The notes under the pieces: generated by a model
The model's database searches: none
Seen by the model: the letters and a program-made list of their open reading frames with translations, nothing else
What the model was told of the DNA's origin: nothing
Program-made: the position numbers and the translations under genes
Shown here: positions 46,444-60,023 of the stretch, piece by piece
Layout: each line of letters starts with the position of its first letter
Position numbering within the stretch: the stretch's first letter is position 1
Assembly: GCA_037446495.1 (NCBI GenBank)
Contig: JBBIIL010000003.1
Location: 10,757-74,756, forward strand
Origin: Chloroflexota bacterium
Lineage (GTDB): Bacteria; Chloroflexota; Limnocylindria; Limnocylindrales; CSP1-4
Direction of reading: 5' to 3'
Length of the DNA: 64,000 nt

Positions 46444-46555
46444 CTGCCTCCAGCCTCGGCCTTGTCCGATGGTGCCTTGCCGGGGCACGCTCGTCGGGAC
46501 CGAACCACGTCCGTAACTTGACAGCAACCTTCTGGAGGCTCAGTCTGTCACAGAT

Positions 46556-47815
46556 TTGAGCGGGAGGAACACAAACCCTGTGAGGCCCATCCGGGTGGAT
46601 CTCGGCCAGCGGAGTGAGACCGTACGGCGCGCCAACCTGAGCGCCATCGTCCACACGCTCCACGAGGACGGCCCTCAGTCACGATCCGACCTCGTTGCCC
46701 GCACGGGACTGACCCGCAGCGCAATCCGCGCGCTTGTTGGCGAGTTGACGGCGTCCGGCCTCGCCACCGAGGACCGCGCGGTGCACCTCGGGCGGCCCGG
46801 TCGCCCGTCGCCCGAGGTCTCGCTCGTCGCCGATGCCGCCGTGGCCGTCTCCTTCTCGATCGGCGTGGACTCGCTGTCGGCCGCGATCGTCGGGCTGGGC
46901 GGGGTGGTCCTGGGTGTCGTCCACGCGGACCGCCCACGGGGCCACGACTTCGTGCGCTCGATCGTGGACGACCTCGTGACGCTCCTCGACCGCCTGCCCG
47001 CAGGACGCCCTGCCGAGGACGTCGTGGTCGCGGTGGGGGTCGCAGTCGCCGGTGTGGTGCGGAGTCGCGACGGCCTCGTCGAGACCGCGCCGAACCTGGG
47101 CTGGACCGGCGTCCCGCTCGGCGCTCTGCTCGCGGCGCGGCTCGACTGGAGCGTGCCCGTGATCGTCCGCAACGAGGCCGACCTCGGGGTCCTGGCCGAG
47201 CATCGGCGCGGCGCCGCCGTGGGCATCGACGACGTGCTCTACATCCACGGCGAGGTGGGCGTCGGCGGCGGGTTGCTCGTGGACGGGCACCCCCTCTCCG
47301 GAGCCGCGGGGTACGCCGGTGAGATCGGCCATTTCCCGGCCGTCCGTCCGGGGATCCCGTGTCGCTGCGGCTCGTCGGGCTGCTGGGAGACGGTCGTCGG
47401 CGCGGGTGCCCTGCTCGAGCGGGCTGGCTTCCCCCGCGACGCGGGCGCCCAGGGCATCGAGCGCGTCTTCGCGGGCGCTGCGGCGGGCGACGCGACAGCG
47501 CTCGCGGCCCTCGAGGCCACCGGTCGCGAGCTGGGCATCGTCCTGGGCGGCTTCGTCAACTCCTTCAACCCGCGCCTGGTCGTCCTCGGCGGGCTCTTCA
47601 GCCAGCTCTACCCGTACGCGCAGGATGCCATCTGGGCGGAGCTCGAGCATCACTCCCTGCCAGCGCCGCGCGCGCTCGTGCGTGTCGTTCCGGCGACCCT
47701 CGGCGGGGACGCGCCGCTCCTCGGAGCGGCCGAGGTCGCCCTGGAGCCAGTCCTCGCGGACCCGGCAGGCCGATTTGGGTCACGCGTGGGCGTGCCCGTG
47801 CTGGCGAGCGCCTGA
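46556..47815 (+). CDS. ROK-family transcriptional repressor (XylR/NagC-like)
   Basis: N-terminal w[44 protein letters not shown] sugar-kinase-like domain with the Zn motif GHFPAVRPGIPCRCGSSGCWE. Confidence 0.85.
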   Translation: MSGRNTNPVRPIRVDLGQRSETVRRANLSAIVHTLHEDGPQSRSDLVARTGLTRSAIRALVGELTASGLATEDRAVHLGRPGRPSPEVSLVADAAVAVSFSIGVDSLSAAIVGLGGVVLGVVHADRPRGHDFVRSIVDDLVTLLDRLPAGRPAEDVVVAVGVAVAGVVRSRDGLVETAPNLGWTGVPLGALLAARLDWSVPVIVRNEADLGVLAEHRRGAAVGIDDVLYIHGEVGVGGGLLVDGHPLSGAAGYAGEIGHFPAVRPGIPCRCGSSGCWETVVGAGALLERAGFPRDAGAQGIERVFAGAAAGDATALAALEATGRELGIVLGGFVNSFNPRLVVLGGLFSQLYPYAQDAIWAELEHHSLPAPRALVRVVPATLGGDAPLLGAAEVALEPVLADPAGRFGSRVGVPVLASA

Positions 47816-47976
47816 CGTGGCGAAGACTGTCGTCACCCAGATTCCCAACGCCCATCGGGGCGCTCAGCAGGAAAGGGGGGTGCCATCGCAGTACCCTACA
47901 GCGGTTCGCTAAACGCACGGATGTCGTTGGGCCTGCGACAAACGCAGGCCGTCGATCGGAGGAGGAGATACCGCTC

Positions 47977-49083
47977 ATGGAATTCCGCAAGTTTGCGGTG
48001 ATGGCAGGCATGGTCGCGCTGGTCGCGAGCGCCTGCTCGAGTAGCACCGCGACGACGGCGCCAAGCGTTGCGGCCAGCGTGCCGGCGTCGGCCGCAGCCA
48101 CCGGCTGCGTCGTCGGCGTCTCGTGGAACAACTACCAGGAGGAGCGCTGGGCCAAGTGGGACGAGCCCGCCATCAAGGCCGCCCTGACGGCTGGCGGCGC
48201 CTCGTACATCTCGAACGACGCCAAGTCGTCCGCTGACACGCAGGCGACCAACGTCGACAACCTGATCTCGCAGGGCGCCAAGGTCCTGATCATCCTGGCC
48301 CAGGACGGCAAGGCCATCGAGTCGTCCGTTGCCAAGGCCAAGGCCGCCAACATCCCGGTCATCGCGTACGACCGCCTGATTGACGATCCGTACGTCCTGT
48401 ACCAGACGTTCGACAACGTCCTGGTCGGCAAGCTCCAGGCGCAGGCCGTCCTCAAGGTGGTCTCGGCTGGCAACTTCGCGATCATCAAGGGCAACAAGGC
48501 CGACGCCAACGCCGACTTCCTGCGGCAGGGCATGGTCCAGGCCGGCATCCCCGACGTCGGCGCGAAGGACCCCAACGGCAAGATCAACATCGTCGGTGAG
48601 ACCTACACCGACAACTGGGACGGGTCCAAGGCCCAGACCGAGATGCAGCAGATCCTGACCGCCAACAACAACAAGATTGACGCCGTTCTCTCCGAGAACG
48701 ACGGCATGGCCACCGGCGTCGTCGCGGCGCTGACCGCTGCCGGCCTCGCGGGCAAGGTCCCGGTTTCCGGCCAGGACGGCGACAAGGCCGCCCTCAACCG
48801 CATCGCGCTCGGGACCCAGACCGTCAGCGTCTGGAAGGACTCCCGGCTTCTGGGCAAGGCAGCCGGCGAGGCCGCCGTGCAGCTGTGCGCCAACCCGGAC
48901 ATCACCAAGGTGACCGGCACAGGCACCTTCAAGAGCCCGGGCGGCAACAGCCTCACCTCGACGCTGCTCCAGCCCAACCCGATCACCAAGAGCAACCTCA
49001 ACGTCGTTCTGGACGCCAACTGGATCGACAAGGCGACGCTCTGCCAGGGCGTTCCTGCCGGGACCGTCTCCGTCTGCGGCTGA
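47977..49083 (+). CDS. xylF: D-xylose (pentose) ABC transporter substrate-binding lipoprotein
   Basis: Lipobox MVALVASACSS. Periplasmic-binding-protein class I: GVSWNNYQEERWAKWDE...VLIILAQDGKAIESSVAKAKAANIPVIAYDRLI is XylF-like. RBS GGAGGAG. Confidence 0.8.
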   Translation: MEFRKFAVMAGMVALVASACSSSTATTAPSVAASVPASAAATGCVVGVSWNNYQEERWAKWDEPAIKAALTAGGASYISNDAKSSADTQATNVDNLISQGAKVLIILAQDGKAIESSVAKAKAANIPVIAYDRLIDDPYVLYQTFDNVLVGKLQAQAVLKVVSAGNFAIIKGNKADANADFLRQGMVQAGIPDVGAKDPNGKINIVGETYTDNWDGSKAQTEMQQILTANNNKIDAVLSENDGMATGVVAALTAAGLAGKVPVSGQDGDKAALNRIALGTQTVSVWKDSRLLGKAAGEAAVQLCANPDITKVTGTGTFKSPGGNSLTSTLLQPNPITKSNLNVVLDANWIDKATLCQGVPAGTVSVCG

Positions 49084-49174
49084 GCCGCGGCACCTCGCAG
49101 AACCTGCACCCCGGCCGCAGCCTCGCTGCGGCCGGGGTGCCCTATGGCTGATCGTGGCCAACGAGGGTCCGAGC

Positions 49175-50520
49175 ATGAGCAACGCTGCCAGCACCGTCCC
49201 TGGCCCCAGCACGGAGGTGCGCCCGAGCTCGGCGCGCGGCTTCTTCCATGCCCTGGGCCTGGACACGCGCATCCTGGGCATGGTGGCCGCACTCGCGATC
49301 ATCTGGGTTGGGTTCCAGCTCATGTCGGGTCTGACCGGGCCGACCCACGATCCCCTGAACGGCACGTTCCTGACCGCCCAGAACCTCTATAACCTCTCCC
49401 AGCAGACGGTCACCGTCGCGATCATGGCCACGGGCATGGTCCTGATCATCGTGTCCCGCAACATCGACCTCTCGATCGGCTCCATCCTTGGGCTCACCGG
49501 GTACGTCATGGCGATGATCCAGGCCGTGTGGATCCCCAAGACGCTGGGCCTCGGCTTCGACCAGCCGTACACCTGGCTGGTGGCCCTGGTGATCGGCGTC
49601 GCACTCGGCGCCCTGATCGGGGCGGTGCAGGGGTTCCTGGTCTCATACGGCGGCATCCCCGCCTTCATCGTCACCCTGGGCGGCCTGCTCGTGTGGCGAG
49701 GCATCGTGTTCGAGATCAACCAGGGCCAGACGATCTCGCCACTGGACAAGAACTTCCTCCTGCTCGGCGGCGGGCCGACGGCGTCGATGGGTGAGCTGGG
49801 CAGCTGGGTGTTCGGGATCCTCGCCTGTATCGGGATCGTGTATTCAATGGTCGCCACGAGGCGCAGGCAGCGCGAGTACGGGTTCAACGTCCGCCCGATG
49901 TGGGCGACCGCGCTCCTGATCGTCGCGGGGTGCGCCGTGGTGCTCGGCTTCGTCGCGATCATGGTGGCCTACCCGTGGCCGCCCGGCCTCGCCACCGAGT
50001 ACGCGAAGCAGAACGGCATCATCGAGCCTCCGGGCGGCCTTCAGATCGCAACCGGGATTGCGTACCCCGTGGTGATCCTGATCGGCGTGACGCTCGCCAT
50101 GACGTACCTCACGACCCGGCGCCGCTTCGGCCGCTATGTGTTCGCGATCGGTGGCAACCCCGAAGCAGCCGAGCTCGGCGGCATCAACGTCCGACGGACC
50201 CTGATGATGACGTTCGTGCTGATCGGGGGCCTCGCTGGTCTGGCCGGCGCGGTCCAGGCGGCGCGCCTCCAGGCCGCTGTCACCAGCCTCGGCACACAGG
50301 CCGAGCTCGACGTGATCGCGGCGGCCGTGATCGGCGGAACCTCGTTCTCGGGCGGCATCGGGACGATCCCGGGTGCCGTCCTCGGAGCGCTGGTCATGCA
50401 GTCGTTGCGATCGGGCATGCTGCTCCTGCGCGTCGACTCCCCGATTCAGGACATCGTGGTCGGCATCGTGCTCGTTGCGGCGATCGGCTTCGACAGTTAC
50501 GTGCGGCGGCGGAGCGGCCG

Positions 50521-50524
<4 letters not shown>
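49175..50524 (+). CDS. xylH: sugar (xylose) ABC transporter permease
   Basis: Polytopic protein with CUT2/XylH-like motifs ([15 protein letters not shown]..., [17 protein letters not shown]). Confidence 0.8.
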
Positions 50525-51354
<830 letters not shown>

Positions 51355-51454
51355 CTGTTCGAGAACACGGCAGAACCGTCAGGGCAGAGCGGCGGGCCGC
51401 CCCCCCCCTGACAGCGGTTGTGGCCCGCCAGTCCGACGCTCTCCAGCGATCGGG

Positions 51455-52939
51455 CTACAGCGAGTGGAACGTGGGCGCGAGCGCGGGATACAGCGCCCGG
51501 TACCGCTCATGCGCCTCGGCGTACACAGCCGCGTCCGGGCCGGGCTCGGCGGCAGGCGTCGCGTGCACCAGGGCGTCCGCAGCGGCCTCGACCGTCGGGA
51601 ACCAGCCCGCGCCCACCGCGGCGAGCACCGCCGCGCCGTACGCCGCCCCCTCGGTGGTCGTGGGGGTGGCGATCGCCGCGCCCAGCACATCGGCGAGGAT
51701 CTGGCGCCAGACCGGGCTCGCGGTCCCGCCGCCCGATCCGAGGATCTGCGACGGGCGCGGCATCCCGGCCGCCACCATGAGGTCCAGCCCGTCGCGCAGG
51801 CCGAACGCGACGCCCTCCATCACCGAGCGGGTGAGGTGCCGCCGGTCGTGCGCGAGCGTGAGGCCCACGAACGCGCCGCGGGCGAGCGGGTCCGGGTACG
51901 GGCTGCGCTCGCCCGAGAGGTAGGGCAGGAACAGCAGCCCTGCGCTCCCGGCGGGGACCTCGCCCGCAGCCGCCGCCAGGTCGCCGAACGGTTCGCCCGG
52001 CGCCAGCGCGTCCCGGAACCAGCGCAGGCTGCCCGCCGCCGAGAGCATGACGCTCATCAGGTGCCAGCGCCCCGGGACGGCGTGACAGAACGCGTGGACC
52101 CGGCCGGCGGGCTCGTACAGCGGCGCTCCCGTCGTGGCGAAGACGACCCCCGACGTGCCGACGGACAGCGCCACGCGCCCGGGCACCACCGCCCCGACCC
52201 CCACGGCGTTCGCGGCCTGGTCGCCGCCGCCGGCCACCACCGGTGTGCCCGCGCGCAGGCCCGTGGCGGCGGCCGCCGCGGGCGCGATGACCCCGGTCAC
52301 CTCCGGCCCCTCGAACGTCGGCGGCATCCAGGCCGGGTCGATCCCCAGCACATCGAGGACCTCGGGCGACCAGTCGCGCGCGGCGAGGTTGAACAGCAGC
52401 GTCCCGGCGCCGTCCGCCTTGTCCATGGCGTGGACGGCGGTGAGCTTGAGCCGGACGTAGTCCTTGGGCAGGAGCACGTGCGCGGCGCGGGCCCAGGCGT
52501 CGGGCTCGTGCGCCCGCACCCACGCGAGCTTGGGCGCCGTGAAGCCGGTCAGCGCGTCGTTGCCGGTGACCTCGACGAGGTGCGCCGGACCCAGCGCCGC
52601 GCGGATGGCGTCGCACTCGGCGGCCGTCCGCTGGTCGTTCCACAGGATGGCGGGGCGGATGACCTCGTCGGCCGCGTCGAGCAGGACCAGGCCGTGCATC
52701 TGCCCGGTGAGGCCCACAGCCACAACGTCGTCGCCGGTCAGTCCAGCGCTCGCCAGCGCGCGCGGGATGGCGTCCTGCGCGGCCGTCCACCACAGCCCCG
52801 GGTCCTGCTCGGACCACAGCGGGTGCGGCGCCTCGAACCCGTACTCGGACGAGGCGATCCCGACGACCCGGCCGTCCTCGTCCACGAGGATCGCCTTGGT
52901 CGCGGTGGTGGAGACGTCGATCCCGAGGACGACGCCCAT
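51455..52939 (-). CDS. xylB: xylulokinase (FGGY family)
   Basis: [28 protein letters not shown]...[15 protein letters not shown]- and C-domains. Confidence 0.85.
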   Translation of the reverse strand: MGVVLGIDVSTTATKAILVDEDGRVVGIASSEYGFEAPHPLWSEQDPGLWWTAAQDAIPRALASAGLTGDDVVAVGLTGQMHGLVLLDAADEVIRPAILWNDQRTAAECDAIRAALGPAHLVEVTGNDALTGFTAPKLAWVRAHEPDAWARAAHVLLPKDYVRLKLTAVHAMDKADGAGTLLFNLAARDWSPEVLDVLGIDPAWMPPTFEGPEVTGVIAPAAAAATGLRAGTPVVAGGGDQAANAVGVGAVVPGRVALSVGTSGVVFATTGAPLYEPAGRVHAFCHAVPGRWHLMSVMLSAAGSLRWFRDALAPGEPFGDLAAAAGEVPAGSAGLLFLPYLSGERSPYPDPLARGAFVGLTLAHDRRHLTRSVMEGVAFGLRDGLDLMVAAGMPRPSQILGSGGGTASPVWRQILADVLGAAIATPTTTEGAAYGAAVLAAVGAGWFPTVEAAADALVHATPAAEPGPDAAVYAEAHERYRALYPALAPTFHSL

Positions 52940-52943
52940 CCCG

Positions 52944-54294
52944 TCAGCCCCTCCGCCCGGCGGCCCAGACGCTGCGGTTCACCATGTTCTCGAGGCGCTC
53001 CTGGCCGCCCGAGTGGCGGACCGGGTTGACCTCGCCTGCGGCGACCCTCGCCTCGAGGTCGGCCAGCGTCGCCTCCCCGCCCAGGATCGACTGCCCGAGC
53101 TCGCCGTCCCAGCCCGCGTACCGGGCCTCGACGTTGGCCGCGAGCTCGCCGCGCTCCACGAGGTCCGCCGCCGCGAGCAGCGCTCGCGCGATGGTGTCGA
53201 GCCCGCCGATGTGGGCGTGGAACAGGTCGGTCCGGTCGCTGCTCTGGCGCCGCAGCTTGGCGTCGAAGTTGAAGCCGCCGGGGGCGATGCCGCCCGCGCG
53301 GACGATCTCGTACAGCGGCATGACCAGGTCGTCCGCCGAGTTCGGGAACTGGTCGGTGTCCCAGCCGTTCTGGGGGTCGCCCCGGTTGGCGTCGATCGAG
53401 CCCAGCATCCCGTTCGCGGCGGCGTAGGCCACTTCGTGGTGGAACGAGTGCCCAGCGAGCGTCGCGTGGTTCGCCTCGATGTTGACCCTGTACTCGCCCT
53501 CGAGGCCGTTCCGGGCCAGGAAGCCGTGCACCGACTGGCTGTCGTAGTCGTACTGGTGCTTGGTGGGCTCCATGGGCTTGGGCTCGATGAGGAGCTGCCC
53601 CTCGAAGCCGATCTTCGCCTTGTGCTCGGCAACGAGGTGCAGGAAGCGGGCGAGCTGCCCGCCCTCGCGGCGCAGGTCGGTGTTGAGCAGCGTGTCGTAG
53701 CCCTCGCGGCCGCCCCACAGCACATAGTTCTGCCCGCCGAGGCGCTGCGTGACCTCGAGCATGTGCTTCACCTGCGCCGCGGCGTAGGCGAACACCTCCG
53801 GGTCGGGGTTGGTGGCGGCGCCCGCCTGGTATCGCGGGTGCGTGAACAGGTTGGCGGTGCCCCACAGGAGCCTCACGCCCGTCTCCGCCTGGTAGCCCAG
53901 CGCCTCGTCCGCGAGCGCGTCGAGGTTCGCGCTGAACTCGGCGAAGCTGCCCCCCTCGGGCGCCACGTCGCGGTCGTGGAAGCAGTAGTACGGCGTGCCC
54001 AGCTTGCTGAAGAACTCGAAGGCCGCAGCGAGCCGGGTTCGCGCCCCCGCCATCTCGTCGGCCTCGGCCAGCCACGGGCGGTCGAGCGTGCCGATGCCGA
54101 ACATGTCCCGGCCGTCCCAGCTGAACGAGTGCCAGAAGCACACGCCGGGGCGCAGCCACTCGACCATGGGCCGGCCCAGGACGACGCGGTCGGGCTGGTA
54201 GACCTTGAACTCGAGGGGGTCCACGGAGTCCAGCCCGCCGTAGCGGATCGGCTCGGTCACCCCGGTGAAGAACGCCTCGCCCACGATCGACCTC
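52944..54294 (-). CDS. xylA: xylose isomerase (class II)
   Basis: [46 protein letters not shown]...[21 protein letters not shown] start with a GGGAGG RBS. The first approximately 20 codons of the maximal ORF are probably non-coding. Confidence 0.85.
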
Positions 54295-54349
54295 CCGCCA
54301 TCGCCTCTATTTTGTAGAAGGATATCACTAACTCGGGTGGATCGACCCG

Positions 54350-55126
54350 TCACGCCGCTACGCGCCGCAGAAAGGCGACCGTCGTCCTCACGCCCGCTCC
54401 CGGTCCGGCGAGGTGCACGAGGCCCTGCTCGAGCTCCACCCGGGCGAACTGCGCGATGCCGTCGGCTTCGACCATGGCGTCCCAGCTCCCGTCCGGCGGC
54501 AGCGCCACCGGGAGGCCGACGCGGAGCACGCTCCCCTCCCCCGCCGGAACCGCGGTCCCCACGATGGTGTGCAGGCGGCCAAGCAGGGCGGCGGCCCGGT
54601 CGAGGTCGCCGGCGGAGATCGCCGTGCGGACATCTGTGCTGCGGACCGGCCGCCCGTCCAGTTCGTAGGGCGGAACCACCACCACCTCAAAGCCCTGCTC
54701 GCGACCGAGTGCCGCCAATGCCTGGGGCGTTCCCTCCCGCTGGTAGCCGAAGGCCGCGTCTGGCGTCATCAGGAAGCCTGACAAGGGTCCGCGCGCGGTC
54801 AGCTGGGCGACGAAGGCGTCGTACGTGGTCTCGCGCATCCTCTGGTCGAAATGGACCACCACGACCGTCTCGACGCCGGCCTCCTCCATCCGGCGGAAGC
54901 GCTCGTCGGGGTCGCACAGTAGCGGCGGCGCAGCACCCATGAGGAGCTCGTCGGGATGATGGTCGAAGGTGACCACCATCGGGCGGGCGTTCCGGGCGGC
55001 GGCCTGCTCGACAAGGTTCGCAAGCAGGTACTGGTGGCCCCTGTGGAGCCCGTCGAACACGCCCACCACGACGAACGCGGGGTGCTCGGAGGCGTGGAGC
55101 CGGCCCAGGCCGCGGGCGATCCGCAT
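54350..55126 (-). CDS. ribF: bifunctional riboflavin kinase / FMN adenylyltransferase
   Basis: [18 protein letters not shown]...VVTFDHHP (FAD-synthetase HxGH motif). C-terminal riboflavin kinase region. The start overlaps the truB stop (ATGA). Confidence 0.85.
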   Translation of the reverse strand: MRIARGLGRLHASEHPAFVVVGVFDGLHRGHQYLLANLVEQAAARNARPMVVTFDHHPDELLMGAAPPLLCDPDERFRRMEEAGVETVVVVHFDQRMRETTYDAFVAQLTARGPLSGFLMTPDAAFGYQREGTPQALAALGREQGFEVVVVPPYELDGRPVRSTDVRTAISAGDLDRAAALLGRLHTIVGTAVPAGEGSVLRVGLPVALPPDGSWDAMVEADGIAQFARVELEQGLVHLAGPGAGVRTTVAFLRRVAA

Positions 55127-56097
55127 CAGAGCGGCGGTCGGGGGTTCGGGCGCCCGTCGGTGGCGGGGCGAACGGCGAGGACCTTGCTCGGGTGGAGGAC
55201 GCCGCCCACCGCGCGGCACAGCGCGGCGACGTCCCCGGCCGGCCCGATGACGACCACGATGTCTGCGTTCGGCACGTCGAGCGGCGTCTTGGGCCCGGTG
55301 GGCAGACCCTCGCCAAGGCGGCGGACCTCGTCGGCCGTGACCCTGGCGTGCGGCAGGTCCTCCAGACCGGCGTCCACGGGGCGGAGGACGCCGACGATCC
55401 CTTCCGGGCCATCCGTCGCGTGCTCCCGCAGCGTGTCGAACGAGACCGCGTCGTCGAGGTGGAACTGCCCGGATTCCGTGCGCACGAGCGCGCCGAGGTA
55501 GGCGCCCGTGCCCAGCCCGGCCCCGAGGTCGCGGGCCAGCGCCCGCACGTACGTCCCGGCGGAGCAGCGCACGTCAACGACGGCGACGGGGCGCGATGGG
55601 TCGCGGTCGTCCCAGTCGAGCAGGTCGAGGGCGTGGATCGTCACCGCGCGGGGCGCGAGCTCCACCTCCTGGCCGGAGCGCGCCATCTGGTAGGCCCGCC
55701 GCCCGCCGATCTGGACGGCGCTGTACGCCGGCGGGACCTGGCGAAGCGGCCCGGTGAATCCGCGGAGCCCCGTCTCGACGTCTGCCCGCGAGACCGGCAG
55801 GCCATCAATGGGCGTGCGCTCGCCGTCGATGTCGTCCGTCGTGGAGGACTCGCCGAAGCAGATGGTGGCGGTGTAGCGCTTGTCGTGACCGAGGTGGTAC
55901 TCGGCGAGCCGCGTGGCGCGGCCCAGGAACACTGGGAGCACGCCCGCGGCAAACGGGTCGAGCGTGCCGCCGTGGCCCACACGGCGCGTGCCGGACAGGC
56001 GCCGCACCAGCCCGACGACATCGTGCGAGGTGGGGCCAGACGGCTTGGCGACCACGATCACGCCGTCGAGGCCGCCGGTGCGGTCGCGCGGGCTCAT
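55126..56097 (-). CDS. truB: tRNA pseudouridine(55) synthase
   Basis: GVIVVAKPSGPTSHDVVGLVRRLSGTRRVGHGGTLDPFAAGVLPVFLGRATR with the catalytic Asp motif GTLDP. Confidence 0.9.
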   Translation of the reverse strand: MSPRDRTGGLDGVIVVAKPSGPTSHDVVGLVRRLSGTRRVGHGGTLDPFAAGVLPVFLGRATRLAEYHLGHDKRYTATICFGESSTTDDIDGERTPIDGLPVSRADVETGLRGFTGPLRQVPPAYSAVQIGGRRAYQMARSGQEVELAPRAVTIHALDLLDWDDRDPSRPVAVVDVRCSAGTYVRALARDLGAGLGTGAYLGALVRTESGQFHLDDAVSFDTLREHATDGPEGIVGVLRPVDAGLEDLPHARVTADEVRRLGEGLPTGPKTPLDVPNADIVVVIGPAGDVAALCRAVGGVLHPSKVLAVRPATDGRPNPRPPL

Positions 56098-57128
56098 CGG
56101 GCCACCGCCGCAGCCAGACGCTCCGATTCGGCCCGGGCCGCGGCCACCGCAGCATCGAGCCCGAGCGGGATCGTGGCGCCGGCAGCCCGAGTGTGGCCGC
56201 CGCCGCCCCAGACGGCGCACAGCGCGGTGGCGTCCACGCCGCCCGGCTTGGTGCGGACCGAGAGGCGCGTTGACCCGTCGGGAGCCTCCTTGAGCAGCAT
56301 CGCCACCTCGGCGGTCTCCGATTGGCTCAGGAGGTCGATGATCCCCTCGCTGTGCGCCCCGATGGAGCCGGTGGCCTCGAAGTCCGCCTGGCGCAGGGTT
56401 GACCAGATGACCCGCCGGTCGGCCGATGTCTCGAGGCGGTCGAGCACGCGCCCGAACAGCTTGAGCTGCGCATCGGGCTTGGTTCGGTACAGCCGCCGCG
56501 AGATGTCCGCCAGGGGTGCGCCCGCGCCGACCAGCTCCGCCGACACGGCAAGCGTGCGCGGTGTGGCGTTGGGGTGCGCGAAGGTTGCCGTGTCCATGAC
56601 GATGCCGGCCATGAGGGCTGCGGCGAGCGCTCCGCCGGCGGCGGTGAGCGGCACGCCGAGGCGGGCGGCGAGCAGCGTCACGAGCTCGCAGGTGGCAGCG
56701 GCGTCTGCATCGATCCAGTCGGCCTCGCCCGAGGCGCTGTTGCTCGCGTGGTGGTCCACGATGACGCGTGGCAGCTCCGCGAACAGCTCCGGGTGCCGGA
56801 CGGCCACGGCGCCCACCCGCTCCGCCGACCCGCAGTCTGCGAGGACCAGCAGGTCGTACTCGGCACCCGGCTCGGGGTCCTGGCGGAAGCGCTCCGCGCC
56901 CTCGAGAAAGGCGTACAGCGGCGGGACGGGGTCGCTGCAGACGGCCGTAGCCTCGCCGCCCAGCGCTTCGACGATCACGCAGATGCCAATGACCGCGCCG
57001 ATCGTGTCGGCGTCAGGATTCTCGTGGCTCACCGCCACCACGCGCCGGGCGCCCCGCAGCCGCTCCACCAGCAACTCGGGTACCACCGCCGCCGCGAGCG
57101 CGGCGAGGTCAACGCCGTCGTGCGTCAC
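56094..57128 (-). CDS. nrnA: DHH-family phosphoesterase (NrnA-like oligoribonuclease/pAp phosphatase)
   Basis: VVAVSHENPDADTIGA...VLADCG...IVDHHASN (DHH motifs). DHHA1 C-terminal region GGGHTRAAG. Confidence 0.8.
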   Translation of the reverse strand: MTHDGVDLAALAAAVVPELLVERLRGARRVVAVSHENPDADTIGAVIGICVIVEALGGEATAVCSDPVPPLYAFLEGAERFRQDPEPGAEYDLLVLADCGSAERVGAVAVRHPELFAELPRVIVDHHASNSASGEADWIDADAAATCELVTLLAARLGVPLTAAGGALAAALMAGIVMDTATFAHPNATPRTLAVSAELVGAGAPLADISRRLYRTKPDAQLKLFGRVLDRLETSADRRVIWSTLRQADFEATGSIGAHSEGIIDLLSQSETAEVAMLLKEAPDGSTRLSVRTKPGGVDATALCAVWGGGGHTRAAGATIPLGLDAAVAAARAESERLAAAVAR

Positions 57129-57710
57129 GAGCGGGTCTTGGGTTTGTGCTGGCCGCCCCCTGGCCGGTGTCCGTCGCCCTTCGAGCCCTCACCGGATGTG
57201 GGCCGACCGCCCGTCTGGCCGCAGCTGTGGCGACTCGGGCCCCGGCGTCGTGCGGGCTCGCCGTCGGCCGGCGGGCTGGCCGTGAGCTGGTCCACCGCGT
57301 CGCCATCGTGGGGCAGGCGCGGCAGCGGCGTGGGCAGCGACTCGTTGATGGGCTCGATCGCCTCGGGGTCGGTCCCCGCCTCGAGCTCGTGGAGCAGGTG
57401 CAGGACACGCGTGCCCCGCTCAGCAGAATCGTCGAGCCGGACGTGGAGGTCCGGGATGCGCCGGATCCGCAGGCGCTTGCCCAGCTCATGCCGGATGAAC
57501 GGCATCGCGTCGGACAGCGCCCGCAGCGTCTCGTCGCGGTCCGCCTTCTGGCCGATCACGCTGACCCACACCTTGGCGTGCCGGAGGTCCGGCGACGTCT
57601 CCACGTCGGTGATGGTCGCGAACCCGATCCTCGGGTCCTGGACCTCCCGGGCGAGGAGCGTGCCGATCTCCTGGCGCAGGAGCTCGTCGACGCGGTCGGT
57701 GCGCTGGCTC
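57125..57710 (-). CDS. rbfA: ribosome-binding factor A with approximately 80-aa low-complexity C-terminal extension
   Basis: MSQRTDRVDELLRQEIGTLLAREVQDPRIGFATITDVETSPDLRHAKVWVSV...IPDLHVRLD. The tail is Gly/Pro/Arg-rich. Confidence 0.85.
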
Positions 57711-57737
57711 ATCGGGGATCTGCCGTGGACCTGACGC

Positions 57738-59634
<1,897 letters not shown>

Positions 59635-59648
<14 letters not shown>

Positions 59649-59990
59649 GGGCTCCTCCTTCAGGGATCGTGTGGTGCAGGGTGTCGGGTCGCGGGCCATC
59701 GGCCCGCGGAACGTGTGTGGTCGTGGCGGCGAGGCCGCCGGGGCCGGCCGCGATCAGCGCTTCGATGTCCGCCGGCATCTCCGTCCTGAGCGCATGGGCC
59801 AGTGCTCGACGCCGACCCGCGAGGTCGAAACAGGCGGCGTCCCGACACAGGTACGCGCCGCGACCCGGCTCGCGGCCCGTCTCATCCACGGCAACCGTTC
59901 CGTCCGGACGGCGCACGACGCGGATCAGCTCGCGCTTGGAGCGCGGGGTGCGGCACGCAACGCAACTCCGCGTCGGGAGCTTCCGCACCT
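59635..59990 (-). CDS. ylxR: YlxR/DUF448-family RNA-binding protein
   Basis: [42 protein letters not shown] matches YlxR. It lies between nusA and infB. The start is uncertain (GTG near 59990). Confidence 0.7.
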
Positions 59991-60023
59991 CGGGGGGCCG
60001 GGATCGCCCGGCCGTTGCCGCGC

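Noticed and set aside
54295-54349. A palindromic XylR operator in the AT-rich xylA-ribF spacer (ttgtagaaggatatcactaactc).
   Set aside because: Only the central GATATC is palindromic and the flanks do not form an inverted repeat. I kept it only as a likely promoter region, not as an operator call.
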